Below are positions 1-11,895 of a DNA stretch of 64,000 bases, in pieces. The notes beneath the pieces were generated by a model that was not told the origin of the DNA, searched no databases, and saw only the letters and a list, made by a program, of their open reading frames with translations. The DNA is from an uncultured Gemmatimonadales bacterium (GTDB lineage Bacteria > Gemmatimonadota > Gemmatimonadetes > Longimicrobiales > Gaopeijiaceae): contig CAWGKG010000015.1 in the NCBI GenBank assembly GCA_963823035.1, positions 1 to 64,000 of the forward strand, in the 5' to 3' direction. How positions within the stretch are numbered: position 1 is the stretch's first letter; the number at the start of each line of letters is the position of its first letter. The position numbers were made by a program, and so were the translations under genes.

Positions 1-73
1 ACGGATGCGGGGGGATCCCTAGAATGGCCGTCGTCACGTTTCTCGTGACGGATGTCTCGAAAGGGGTACCCGC

Positions 74-701
74 GTGGATCATCCCGGTCGCCTGGTGCTG
101 GAGCGCCTGATGCGCTATCACCGCTTCCTCACGGAGGGGAGGGGTCGCTCCGCACCCCCCACGGTGACCAGCGCGGAGATCGCGCGAGGCGCTCGACATC
201 GATCCGACGCAGGTGCGGAAGGACCTCGGCGCGATCGGGCTGCGCGGCACCGGCCGGGTCGGCTTCAACGCCGGCGCCGTCGTACATCGTGTCCGCGAGG
301 TCCTCGCCTTCGACCGGACCCACCTCGCCATCCTGGTGGGCGCCGGGCACCTCGGGGGCGCCCTCATGGCCTACGTCGGCTTCGCCCGTTATGGGCTGCG
401 CATCGTGGCCGCCTTCGACCGCGACGATGACAAGGCCGGCCAGGAGATCGCCGGCTGCACGGTGCGCCCGACACGGGGGATGCGCGCCTTCATCCAGCGC
501 CATCGGATCCGGCTGGCCATCCTCACCGTGCCGGCGTCCGCGGCCCAGAAGGTCACCGACCGGCTGGTGGCCGCGGGCATCACGGCGATCTGGAATTTCT
601 CACCCACGCGCCTGACCATCCCCGAGGGGGTGTTCGTGCGGAACGAGCACATCTCCCTGGGGCTGTCGGAGCTGGCGTTCCACCTCAAGGACGACGTGTA
701 G
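74..701 (+). CDS. rex: Redox-sensing transcriptional repressor Rex (paralog 1); one apparent frameshift near 185
   Basis: N-terminus LERLMRYHRFL..TVTSAEIA (ORF 74) continues as QVRKDL..VGAGHLGGALMAY..IVAAFD..AIWNFSP (ORF 213..701): winged helix plus Rossmann fold of Rex. Confidence 0.9.
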
Positions 702-796
702 CGGGCCGCACCACGCCGGCCTCCTCGCCGCTTCCGGGCGCCGACCGGGCACCTCCCTTCTTGATCGGAATCGTTCTCCAAACGAACGTTCCGCAT

Positions 797-915
797 CAAT
801 CGCGAAAAAAATCGCGATTGCCCTTGACGTGGGATATCGAAGGATGGAGATTCTTCTTGGGTGGAAACCGTGACAAAAATCACGTAAGAAGACTCCACGT
901 GAGGAAAGGTCACGA
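797..915 (+). promoter_or_regulatory. aprB promoter with three Rex-type operators
   Basis: CAATCGCGA-N6-TCGCGATTG (797-820, perfect arms), CGTGA-N6-TCACG (869-884) and CGTGA-N7-TCACG (898-914). TTGACG at 824-829, with a weak -10 GAGATT at 847-852 (17-nt spacer). Confidence 0.75.
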
Positions 916-1197
916 AAACAGCGTTCCCTGGCATCCTCCCTGGCCCATGGTGAGAGGCCGCTTTCCCGGCCGGCGCGTGCCGGCGAGCCCACCCGAGCTT
1001 TTCGGGTCAGCGACCTCTCCCGTACATCGCGACCGCTCCGCCGAACCTGCCTCTCCCCGGAGCAACGGGGCCCTGCCGCGGCAAGGCGGAAGCGGGTGAG
1101 ACCTCGGGAGTCATGCCACGGAACATCGGCGAAACGCCCGGCGGGGCGTTGAAGTCGGGTTTGCGCAGACCTTCTTCAAATCGACCGGAGGCAGGAG

Positions 1198-1665
1198 ATG
1201 CCGAGCTTCGTGATTCCGGACAAGTGTGACGGGTGCAAGGCGTTGGACAAGACGGCTTGCCAGTACATCTGTCCGAACGACCTCATGGTCCTGAACAAGG
1301 ATACCATGAAGGCCTACAACCAGGATCCCTCGATGTGCTGGGAGTGCTACAGCTGCGTGAAGATCTGCCCGAACCAGGCGATCGAGGTACGCGGCTACGC
1401 CGACTTCGTGCCCATGGGCGCGAGCGTCACGGCGATGCGCAGCACCGAGGACATCATGTGGACCCTCCAGTTCCGCGACCGGACCATCAAGCCGAAGCGC
1501 TTCAAGTTCCCGCACCGCCGGGGTGTCCAGGAAGGAATGGCCCAGCCGTTCGACCACTACCCCACCGGTGACAACGACCTGAAGAGCCCCACGCTGATGT
1601 GCGAGCCCGCCAGCCTCAACACCGAAAGAGGCCCGGTGAAGATCGACAAGGTCCTGACGCTCTAA
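1198..1665 (+). CDS. aprB: Adenylylsulfate reductase beta subunit
   Basis: MPSFV..CDGCKALDKTACQYICPNDLM..CWECYSCVKICP..RGYADFVP; SD GGAG. Confidence 0.97.
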   Translation: MPSFVIPDKCDGCKALDKTACQYICPNDLMVLNKDTMKAYNQDPSMCWECYSCVKICPNQAIEVRGYADFVPMGASVTAMRSTEDIMWTLQFRDRTIKPKRFKFPHRRGVQEGMAQPFDHYPTGDNDLKSPTLMCEPASLNTERGPVKIDKVLTL

Positions 1666-1732
1666 CCGGATCGCCCCCTGCCTGGCGATCCCGACAAGTC
1701 GGTAGCGGAGACATCCGAGGAGGCTCCCGAAA

Positions 1733-3626
1733 ATGACGCAATTCGAAACTGTGACGGTCGAAACCGACCTGCTGATCTGCGGTGGCGGTATGGCCGCGTG
1801 CGGCGCGGCGGTGGAGGCGTCCTACTGGGCCAAGCAGCACGGCCTCAAGGTCACGCTGGTCGACAAGGCGGCCATGGACCGCTCCGGGGCGGTGGCCATG
1901 GGGCTGTCGGCCATCAACCAGTACGTGGACCTCAACAGCGGCAACAACACGCTGAAGGACTACTGCGACTACGTGCGCAACGACCTCATGGGCATCACCC
2001 GTGAGGACCTGGTGGCGAGCATCGCCCGCCACGTCGACTCGACGGTGCACCTGTTCGAGAAGTGGGGTCTGCCCATCTGGAAGGACAAGGAGGGCAACTA
2101 CGTCCACGAGGGCCGTTGGCAGCTCATGATCAACGGCGAGTCGTACAAGATCATCGTGGCGGAGGCCGCCAAGAACGCGCTGAAGGAGGCGGGCGGCGAG
2201 TACTACGAGCGCGTCTTCATCACGCACCCGATCGTCGAGAACAACAAGTGCGTGGGCGCGGTCGGCTTCAGCGTCCGCGAGAACAAGTTCTACGTCTTCA
2301 AGGCCAAGGCGACGCTCGTCTCGATGGGCGGCGCGGTGCACGTCTTCAAGCCGCGCTCCACGGGCGAGGGCTTCGGCCGCTCCTGGTATCCGCCCTTCAA
2401 CTCCGGCGCGAGCGCCTTCTTCACGCTGTACGGCGGCGCCGAGATGACGTGCCAGGAAGTGCGCTTCATCCCCGTGCGCTTCAAGGACGCGTACGGCCCG
2501 GTGGGCGCGTGGTTCCTGCTGTTCAAGGCGATCGCCACCAACGCCTACGGCGGCAACTACATGGTGGAGAACGCCGCCGAGCTCGACAAGTGGGAGCCCT
2601 ACGGCAAGGTGAAGCCGCGTCCGGCCAACATCCGCAACTGGCTCATGATGCTGGACGTGATGGACGGCAAGAGCCCCATCTACATGCAGACCGCCGACGC
2701 GATCAAGAAGATCGCCGACGAGGCCCCCGACGAGAAAGCCGGCCGCGAAGAAGCTGAAGGAGCTCGAGGCCGAGGCGTGGGAGGACTTCCTCGACATGAC
2801 GATCTCCCAGGCGATCCTCTGGGCCTCGACGAACACCGAGCCCGACAAGAAGCCGTCCGAGATCATGGCGTGCGACCCGTACTTCATCGGATCGCACTCC
2901 GGCGCGTCCGGGGCGTGGGTGTCCGGCCCCGAGGACCTGCAGAGCGACGAGACCAAGAGCGAGTACTTCTGGGGCTACACGAACATGACGACCGTCGGCG
3001 GGATGTTCGCCGCGGGCGACGCGTCCGGCGCCTCCAGCCACAAGTTCTCGTCCGGCTCGCACGCCGAAGGGCGAATCGCCGCGAAGGCGGCGATCTCGTA
3101 CGTCATCGACCACAACGAGCCGCTGACGGTCGACGACCAGACCATCGCGGCGCTGAAGGACGAGGTCCTGAAGCCACTCGCCGTGTTCGAGGAACACAAG
3201 GGCGACACGACGGATCCGGAGATCAACCCGAACTACATCCGCCCGAAGCAGTTCATGTATCGGCTGCAGAAGATCATGGACGAGTACGCGGGTGGTGTGT
3301 CGGCCCAGTTCAAGACCAACGACCAGCTGCTGGCGAGGGGTCTGGAGCTGCTGACCTTCCTGAAGGAAGACAGCCAGAGCCTCGCCGCGCCCGACCTGCA
3401 CGAGCTGATGCGGTGCTGGGAGGACGTGCACCGGATGTATCAGGGAGAGGCCCACGTCCGCTCGATCCTCTTCCGGGAGGAGACGCGGTGGCCCGGCTAC
3501 TACTTCCGGGCGGACAAGCCGCAGATGGACAACGAGAACTGGCTCGCCTTCTGCAACTGCGTCTACCACAAGGACACGGGTGAGTGGGAGATGAAGAAGC
3601 GGCCGGTGAAGTACCTGACCGTCTGA
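1733..3626 (+). CDS. aprA: Adenylylsulfate reductase alpha subunit (frameshift near 2740)
   Basis: GGGMAACGAA, RSGAVAMGLSAIN, WQLMINGESYK, RFKDAYGPVGAWFLLFK, then EAWEDFLDMTISQA, HKFSSGSHAEGR, REETRWPGYY. Confidence 0.97.
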
Positions 3627-3638
3627 CGGTCACCGTGG

Positions 3639-3676
3639 CCGGGCTCCGGGCGCCTCGAGGCGCCCGGAGCACCCGG
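3639..3676 (+). repeat. Perfect 28-bp palindrome/stem-loop after aprA
   Basis: GCTCCGGGCGCCTC|GAGGCGCCCGGAGC at 3643-3670; no U-tract follows. Confidence 0.7.
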
Positions 3677-3746
3677 ACGCGGGGCGATCGCGAAAGCGGC
3701 CAGGGAGACGAGGCAAACGAAGCCCGCTCGACGCGTTGAGGGAACC

Positions 3747-4028
3747 ATGCCGAACCCCGCTGCCACCTGCCCCCACTGCGGATCACGACTGAAGCGTTGG
3801 CGCGTGCCGGAAGGCGCCACCTGGGGAGAGGAGTTCTTCCTGGTCTGCTTCAACGACGAATGCTCCTACTACAAGGAAGGCTGGGACTGGATGATGGCGC
3901 AGTACAGCCAGACCGCCTCCTACCGGTTTTCCGTGAACCCCGACACCGGCGGCACCCTCCCGATCCCGGTTTGGTCGCCCACGGCGACGCGCGAGATGAT
4001 CATCGACGAGGAGGAGGACGAGTCATGA
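3747..4028 (+). CDS. Small zinc-ribbon-like hypothetical protein
   Basis: CPHC..CFNDECSYY; stop overlaps the next start (ATGA). Confidence 0.8.
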   Translation: MPNPAATCPHCGSRLKRWRVPEGATWGEEFFLVCFNDECSYYKEGWDWMMAQYSQTASYRFSVNPDTGGTLPIPVWSPTATREMIIDEEEDES

Positions 4029-4920
4029 GCGGCGATACCGGCGCGACCGACGGCGGGAGCACGGGTGCTCCCCTCCAGGAACGGATCCTCGAGGACTATC
4101 CGCGGACTGGGCCTGGACGACGCGTTCACGTTCGACTGCCACCCCGGCGTATCGTGCTTCAACTGCTGCTGCGCCGACGTGAACGTCTTCCTCTCCCCCT
4201 ACGACGTGCTCCGGCTCAAGAACCGGCTGGGGATCACGTCGACGCAGTTCCTGGCGCGCTATGCGCTCATGCCCATCCAGAAGGACATGAAGACCCCCGT
4301 CGTCCTGCTCAAGATGCGCGACGACGAGAAGAAGACGTGTCCGTTCCTGGGCGAGAGCGGCTGCCAGGTCTACTCGGACCGGCCCTGGCCCTGTCGGATG
4401 TTCCCGCTCGGGTTGGCGGCGCAGCGCGACACGCCGGACGGATGGCGCGGCGAGCGCTTCTACTTCCTCCTCAAGGAGGACTCCTGCCGCGGCTTCGAGG
4501 AGCCACGCAAGTGGACGGTGCGGGACTGGCTCGAGAACCAGGGCATCGATCCCTACGACGAGTGGGGAGAGGCCTACAAGGAGCTCACGCTACACCGCTT
4601 CTTCGACGACGGCGGGGTGCTGGGGCCCGAGAAGCTCGAGATGTTCTTCACGGCCTGCTACGACCTGGACAAGTTCCGCGTCTTCGTGTTCGAGTCCACG
4701 CTCCTGCAGCGCTTCGACGTGGACGAGGACTTCATCCACGAGATGGCCTTCGACGACGAGGCCCTCCTCCGCTTCGCCTTCCTCTGGCTGCGCTTCAGCC
4801 TGTTCGGCGAGCCGACCATGAGGCCGAGGCCGGAGGCCGTGGACGCACTGCGCGGGACGCTGGAATCCAGAGAGGGCCGGCCTCGGCGCGGCCCCCACCG
4901 TGGCGGAGGCCGCGCCATGA
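4025..4920 (+). CDS. YkgJ-family cysteine-cluster (Fe-S/Zn) protein; frameshifts near 4105 and at the C-terminus
   Basis: FDCHPGVSCFNCCCADV..CPFLGESGCQVYSDRPWPCRMFPLG..CRGF. Confidence 0.85.
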
Positions 4921-6187
4921 CCGCAAAGGGCCCGAGCGGCACCGTCCTCGTGGTCGGAGGCGGCATCAGCGGGATCACCGCGGCCGTCGAGGCCTCCGAG
5001 GCGGGGCTGCGAGGTCGTGCTGGTCGAGAAGGAGACCTTCCTCGGCGGGCGCGTGGCGCGCGCCTACCAGTACTTCCCGAAGCTGTGCCCTCCCCAGTGC
5101 GGCCTGGAGATCAACCTGCGCCGCTTCAAGACGAACCCGCACATCCGCTGGCTTCACGCAGGCGGAGGTGAAGCGGATCGACGGCGGGCCGGGCGACTTC
5201 CACGCGACGTCGAGCAGCGCCCGCGCTTCGTGAACGAGAAGTGCACGATGTGCGGCGCGTGCGTCGACGTCTGCCCCGCCGACCGTGAGGACGCCTTCAA
5301 CCTCGGGATGTCCTCCACCCGTGCGATCCACCTGCCCCACGAGATGGCCTACCCGATGCGCATGGCCATCGACGGTGACGCCTGCCTGGGCGCCGACTGC
5401 GGCAAGTGCGTGCCGGCCTGCCCGTTCGACGCGATCGAGCTGGACATGGAGACGCGCACCTTCACGGTGGACGCGCAGGCCGTGATCGTGGCCACGGGTT
5501 GGGATCCCTACGACGCGACCGGCGTCGAGGGCCTCGGCTTCGGGACGCCACCCGGACATCATCAGCAACGTGATGATGGAGCGGCTGGCGTCTCCCGACC
5601 GGGCCCACCGGCAGGACGCCTCGTGCGGCCGTTCGGACGGCAGCCCCGTCCGCTCCGTCGCCTTCGTCCAGTGCGCGGGCTCGCGGGACGAGAACTACCT
5701 GAAGCACTGCTCGGGCGTGTGCTGCATGGGCTCGCTCAAGCAGGCGCGCTACGTGCGCGACCAGATCCCCGACGCCGAGATCTCGGTGTTCTACATCGAC
5801 ATCCGCGCGCCGGGCCGCCTGGAGGACTTCTACCAGGCCGCCCAGGAGGACGAGAAGCTCCACCTCATCAAGGGGAAGGTCGCGCGCGTCGAGCCCGACG
5901 CCGCGACCGGCACGCTCCTCGTGGAAGCCGAGGACGTCCTCTCCGGAACGCGCGTCAGCCGAGCCGCGGACCTGGTCGTGCTGGCCACCGGCATGGTGGC
6001 TGCGGACACGAGCGGGATCGCGGTGGACGGCGGGCTGCGCACCGACGAGTACGGCTTCCTGGCCCGCGAGCAGCCGCTGGACGGCCTGCTCGTGGCGGGA
6101 TGCGCCGCCCGGCCGACGGACGTCGCCACCTGCGTGCGCGACGCGACGTCGGCCGTCATGAAAGCCCTGCAGTTCTGCCAGGAGTAG
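4917..6187 (+). CDS. qmoA: QmoA (HdrA-like flavoprotein); several frameshifts
   Basis: VLVVGGGISGITAA, YFPKLCPPQCGLEIN, FVQCAGSRDENYLKHCSGVCC, FYIDIR; SD GGAGG. Confidence 0.9.
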
Positions 6188-6191
6188 AGCC

Positions 6192-8448
6192 GTGGAGAAG
6201 AAACTCGCCCTCTACGTATGCAAGGGCTGCGACATCGGAGCCTCCCTCGACACGGCCGCGCTCGGCAGACCTGGCGACGGAGGAGTTCAGCCTCGAGATC
6301 TGCCGCGAGCACGACTGTCTGTGCGGCGCGGAGGGTCGCGAGCTCATCCGGCAGGACGTGCTCGGCGGCGTCACCGCGCCGGTGGTGGCCGCCTGCTCCC
6401 CGCGCTTCATGGCGGACGCCTTCACCTTCGACGGCTGCCGCACGGAGCGGGTGAACCTCCGCGAGCACGTCGTGTGGAGCCACGAGCCCAACGACGAGGA
6501 CACGCAGATGCTCGCCGAGGACTACGTGCGCATGGGCATCGTGCGCGCGCAGAAGGCCGAGCATCCCCGAGCCCTTCCACGAGGAGGTCGACGACACCCT
6601 CCTGGTCGTGGGCGGCGGCGTGACCGGGATGAGCGCCGCGCTCGGCGCGGCGCACGCCGGCCACGACGTGGTCCTCGTCGAGAAGGCGCCGGAGCTCGGC
6701 GGCTGGATGCGGAAGTTCTCGCGCACGATCCCGCACCGGGCCCCCTACCGCGACCCGCGTGCCCTCCGGACGTGGAGGAGCGCATCGCGGAGGTCCGTGG
6801 CAGCGAGCGCATCCACGTGCATACCGGCACCACGATCGAGAGGATCTCCGGTCAGCCGGGCCAGTTCGACGTGACGCTCCGCACCAACGGCGACAGCACG
6901 TCGCTGCGCGTCGGGCGCGATCGTCCAGGCCACCGGGTGGAAGCCGTACGACGCGACCCGCCTCGGCCACCTGGGCTACGGCGCGAGTCCCGAACGTCAT
7001 CACGAACGTGCAGATGGAGGAGCAGCTCGCTAGCGGGCGCCGTGAAGCGTCCCGGGGACGGCCGGCCGCCGCGGCGCATCGCCTTCATCCAGTGCGCCGG
7101 GTCGCGCGACAAGGAGCACCTGCCGTACTGCTCGGCCGTGTGCTGCCGCGTGAGCATCAAGCACGCGCTGCATGGCCCGCGAGCTCGACCCGGACTGCGA
7201 GGTCTACGTCCTCTACAAGGACATCCGCACGCCGGGCCAGTACGAGGAGTTCTACCGCAGGGCCCAGGAGGACCCGGGCATCTTCTTCACGAAGGCCGAG
7301 GTCGAGGGCGTGCAGCGAGGCCGACGGCGCGCTTGCGCGTGGTCGCGAACAACACGCTCCTCGGCGAGCGCGTGCAGCTCGAGGCGGACCTCGTCGTCCT
7401 CGCCACCGGGATGGTGCCCGCGGCCGCGGACGGAGAGGCGCTCCGCCGCTACGCGGACGCCAAGGCCGTGATCGCGAAGGGTGAGGCCGGCGCGCAGCTC
7501 GAGGCGGCGAAGGAGACCGTCGAGAAGCTCGCGCACCTCGAGGGCTCCGCGATCCTGAACCTGGACTACCGCCAGGGCCCGGACCTGCCGCAGCTCAAGT
7601 ACGACTTCCCCGACTCGCACTTCATCTGCTTCCCCTACGAGTCGCGTCGCACCGGCATCTACGCCGCCGGCGCCGTGCGCGCGCCCGGCGACGCCGAGCT
7701 CGCGCGCGAGGACGGCGCGGGCGCCGCGCTCAAGGCGATGCAGGTGCTGCGGCTCGCGAAGGAGGGGGAGGCCGTCCACCCGCGTTGGGGGGACATGTCC
7801 TACCCGGACTTCTTCCTGCAGCGCTGCACGCAGTGCAAGCGGTGCACGGAGGAGTGCCCCTTCGGCACGCTCAACGAGGACACGAAGGGCACGCCCAAGC
7901 CCAACCCGATCCGCTGCCGGCGGTGCGGGATCTGCATGGGCGCCTGCCCCGAGCGCATCATCTCGTTCGCGGACTACTCGGTGGACATGGTCTCGTCGAT
8001 GATCAAGGCCGTGAACATCCCGGACGAGTTCGACGAGAAGCCGCGTCTGCTCGGGCTGCTGTGCGAGAACGACGCCTATCCGGCGCTGGACACCGCCGGG
8101 CTGAAGCGCATCCGGCACAGCGCCTGGATCCGCTTCGTGCCCGTGCGCTGCCTGGGGTCGATCAACACGGTGTGGATCGCCGACGCCCTTTCGCGCGGCT
8201 TCGACGGCATCCTGCTGATCGGATGCCGCTCGGGCGACGACTACCAGTGCCACTTCATCCGCGGCAGCGAGCTGATGGAGACGCGCAGCAGCAACGTCCG
8301 CGAGAAGCTCAAGCAGCTCGCCCTCGAGGAGGAGCGTGTGCGGCTGGAGCAGCTGCCGATCAACGAGTTCCACCGGCTGCCCGAGATCATCAACGAGTTC
8401 GCGGCGCAGATCGAAGAGATCGGGATGAACCCGTTCAAGGGATTCTAG
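6192..8448 (+). CDS. qmoB: QmoB (HdrA plus MvhD-like domains); several frameshifts
   Basis: RVNLREHVVW, QCAGSRDKEHLPYCSAVCC, DSHFICFPYESRRTGIY, CTQCKRCTEECP, CRRCGICMGACP, CENDAYPALD, DDYQCHF, GMNPFKGF. Confidence 0.95.
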
Positions 8449-8506
8449 CAGGCCGAACGTCGGAGGCCGGGCTCCCTCCCGGCCGGCCTCCAACAGAGGA
8501 GAAACG

Positions 8507-9789
8507 ATGGCCGAAGCCGTGCTGGTGAGGCCGGACCTGAAGGTCGTGGAGGAGATCATCGCCTCCGGGGGCGGTGACCTGAAGCAGTGCATGCAGTGCG
8601 CCAACTGCTCGGTCGTCTGTGAGCTGGCGGGCGAGCACGACCCCTTCCCCCGCAAAGAGATGGTATGGGCGCAGTGGGGGCTGGAGGACCGCCTCGTCTC
8701 CGATCCGGACATCTGGCTGTGCCACCAGTGCAACGACTGCTCGTCGCGCTGCCCGCGCGGCGCGCGCCCCGGCGACGTGCTGGCCGCACTGCGGCGGCAC
8801 GCCGTCCACTACTTCGCCATCCCGCGCTTCCTGGCGCGCTGGGTGAACCAGGCGGGGATGCTCCCCGTCACGCTCCTCGTGCCCGTGGTGCTGCTCGCCC
8901 TCGCCGTGATGGCGCGCGACCCGATCGCCGCCGCCTTCGGCCTCGAGGCGGAGCCCGCGCTCTACGCCGAGTTCTTCCCCCACTGGCTGCTCATCGGTCT
9001 CTTCGGGTCGCTCACCACCCTCACGTTCGTGCTCGCGCTCGTGTCGCTCGCCGCTTCTGGGGGGCGATGCGCGCGGCCGACGAAGCCGAGGGCAGGTATC
9101 GGGCCGCAGCGGGCGTGGTGGCCAGCTTCGCGCTGGCGCTGAAGTCGATCCTGGCCCACGACCGCTTCGGGTTCTGCCAGGCGCAGGCCCCGCGGAGGGT
9201 GTCGCACCTGGCGGTCTTCTACGGCTTCCTCGCCCTCTTCGCGGTCACGATCTGGGCGACGATCGACCTCTACCTGAACCCCGTCTTCGGCATCGCGTCC
9301 CGCTACCCGTTCGGGCTCCTGCATCCCATGAAGCTGGTCGCGAACGTGGGCGGCGTGGCGCTCGTCTTCGGCGCGGTGAAGGTCGTGCGGAGCCGGATGG
9401 AGGGCGCCAAGGGCACGCCCGAGAGCACGGCTTTCGACTGGACGCTCGTCTGGGTGGTCCTCGGGGTCGGCGTGACCGGTTTCGCCGCCGAGGTCTTCCG
9501 CTTCACGGTGTCCCCGGATTCCGGGCTGCGCACCCTGGCCTGGTCCGTCTACTTCGTCCACCTGGTGCTGGTCTTCCAGCTCCTCGTCTACCTGCCGCTA
9601 CTCGAAGCTCGCCCACGTCCTCTACCGGACCGTGGCGATGGCGTACGCCGAGCACACCGGACGGTGCCGCCCCGTCCGCCGGCGCCCCGCGGGAGGCGCC
9701 GCGCTCGAGCCCACCCCGGCCAGACCGGCCCTGCGCGGCCGGAGGGAGCTGAGCCGCCCCGACCGAAGGACTGTTCGCCTGCCCAGTGA
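8507..9789 (+). CDS. qmoC: QmoC (HdrC-like Fe-S plus heme-b membrane domain); frameshifts, 3' end approximate
   Basis: CMQCANCSVVC, PFPRKEMVWAQWG, WLCHQCNDCSSRCPRGARPGD, TM helices with HLAVFYGF and YFVHL..YSKLAH. Confidence 0.9.
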
Positions 9790-9839
9790 TTCCTGCGGCG
9801 TGCACGCGCGCGCCGCGCCATCCAGCGCCCGAGGGAACG

Positions 9840-11063
9840 ATGATGGATCAACTGGTCAAGCCACACGGCAGGGACAAGGTGCTCAAGCCCCTGCTGCTGC
9901 AGGGCAAAGCAGCTTGGGGAGGAGCGCGCGCGAGCCGCGACGCTGAAGCGGTTCGCCATGACGTCCCGGGAAACGGGCGACGCGATCATGATGGGCATCG
10001 GCGGGTTCACCCCCCTCGACGGCTTCATGACCGCCGACGATTGGAAGGGCGTCTGCGAGGAGATGAAGACGTCCGACGGGACCTTCTGGCCCATCCCGGT
10101 CACGCTGTCGGTCACCGAGGAGGACGCCGCCTCCGTGAAGGACGGGCGAGGAGGTGACCCTCTTCGACTCCGAGACCGGAACCGACATGGCGATCCTGAC
10201 GGTCCGGGATCACTACACGATCGACCGCGAGCTCGAGTGCAAGGAGGTCTTCCGCACGACCGACCCCGAGCACCCCGGCGTCGCGATGGTGATGTGGCAG
10301 AAGGCCGTCAACCTCGGCGGCCCGATCAAGGTCCTGAGCGAGAGCTACTTCCCCGAGGAGTTCGCGGACGTCTACATGCGTCCGGCCGAGACGCGGAAGC
10401 TGTTCGCCGAGAAGGGGTGGAAGACGGTCGCGGCGCTCCAGCTCCGCAACCCGATGCACCGCTCCCACGAGTATCTCGCGAAGATCGCCCTGGAGACGCT
10501 CGACGGGCTCTTCATCCACCAGCTCGTCGGCAAGCTCAAGCCCGGCGACATCCCCGCCGACGTGCGCGTGAAGTGCATCGACACGCTCGTCGAGGACTAC
10601 TTCGTCAAGGACTCGGTCGATCCAGGGCGGCTATCCGCTCGACATGCGCTACGCCGGGCCGCGCGAGGCGCTGCTCCACGCCGTGTTCCGGCAGAACTAC
10701 GGCTGCAGCCACCTCATCGTCGGCCGCGACCACGCGGGCGTGGGCAACTACTACGGGCCCTTCGACGCGCAGGAGATCTTCGAGCAGATCCCGGCCGGGA
10801 GCCTGGAGACGCAGCCGCTCAAGATCGACTGGACCTTCTACTGCTACAAGTGCCGCGGCATGGCCTCGATGAAGACCTGCCCGCACGGGAAGGAAGACCG
10901 GCTGCTGCTCAGCGGAACGGTGCTGCGCAAGACGCTCTCCGAGGGTGGCGATCCCCCGGAGGATTTCAGCCGGCCGGAGGTGCTCGAGATCCTCAAGGCC
11001 TACTACGCCGGCCTGGAGGAGAAGGTCGAGGTGAAGCTGCACCACGCCGCGACCGGGGTGTGA
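9840..11063 (+). CDS. sat: Sulfate adenylyltransferase (about 3 frameshifts)
   Basis: [72 protein letters not shown]. Confidence 0.96.
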
Positions 11064-11104
11064 GCGACGCATGTACCGAGGGGGGCAACAACGGAGGTCC
11101 GGAG

Positions 11105-11508
11105 ATGAACCTGGTCACCGTCACGACACAAGGACGGGCTGGCCTTCGACGTCCAGCGTGCGGCGGAGGCAGGTGGTGACCGACATGTCGCCCGAAGACG
11201 GGGGATGCGGCAGCGGCTTCACGCCGGCCGAGCTGCTGGCGGGCGCGCTCGGTGCCTGCGTGGCGATGCAGGTGCAGAGCTATTGCGAGACCCACGGCCA
11301 CGGCGAGGGCGACGTCCAGGTGACCTGGCGTTCGAGTTCATCGGAAAGCCCAGGCGCATCGGCGCGATCGCCGTGGACATCGACCTCCCGGACGGCTTCC
11401 CCAGTCGAGGATGGAAGCGCGTGCGGCGGGCCGCCGAGCAGGCTGTCGATCTGCGAGACGCTGCGGCACCCGCCCGAGGTGGATCTGGACATCCAAGTCC
11501 GATCGTGA
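11105..11508 (+). CDS. OsmC-family protein (frameshifted)
   Basis: [45 protein letters not shown]. Confidence 0.7.
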
Positions 11509-11567
11509 ACCCACGCCCGGACCCCGGGGCACTCGCGCCCCGGGGAGGGCGGAGCCAGGAGGACCCG

Positions 11568-11885
11568 ATGGACAAGGTGGAACTAGGCGGAAAGCTAATC
11601 GAGATCGACGAGGACGGGTTCATCCAGGACCCCGACTCGTGGGACGAGGCGGTGGCGCGGGACCTCGCGAAGACCGAGGCCGTCGAGGACATGACGGAAG
11701 ACCACTGGAAGCTCGTGAACTACCTGCGCGAGTACTACCTCGAGTACAACATGGCGCCGATGATCCGGAAGGTCTGCAAGTCGACCGGCTTCAAGCTCAA
11801 GGAGATCTACGACCTCTTCCCGAGCGGCCCCGCCAAGGGTGCTTGCAAGGTCGCCGGCCTTCCGAAGCCCACGGGCTGCGTGTAG
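11568..11885 (+). CDS. dsrC: DsrC sulfur-carrier protein
   Basis: IDEDGF..W..HWKLVNYLREYY..LFPSGPAKGACKVAGLPKPTGCV; both C-terminal Cys present. Confidence 0.97.
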   Translation: MDKVELGGKLIEIDEDGFIQDPDSWDEAVARDLAKTEAVEDMTEDHWKLVNYLREYYLEYNMAPMIRKVCKSTGFKLKEIYDLFPSGPAKGACKVAGLPKPTGCV

Positions 11886-11895
11886 GCAGCGTGCC

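Noticed and set aside
3685..3730. GCGAAAGC..GGCAAAC resembling a c-di-GMP riboswitch
   Set aside because: Motif order and pairing do not fit the GEMM consensus.
4065..5171. In-frame YkgJ-QmoA fusion
   Set aside because: A SD and an ATGA overlap at 4917-4920 mark a separate qmoA start; the joining segment looks off-frame.
4917..8448. Selenocysteine recoding in the HdrA-like Qmo subunits
   Set aside because: I found no in-frame TGA at conserved Cys positions.
11205..11885. OsmC-DsrC fusion
   Set aside because: dsrC has its own SD (AGGAGG) and ATG at 11568; the upstream frame is partly an osmC indel artefact.
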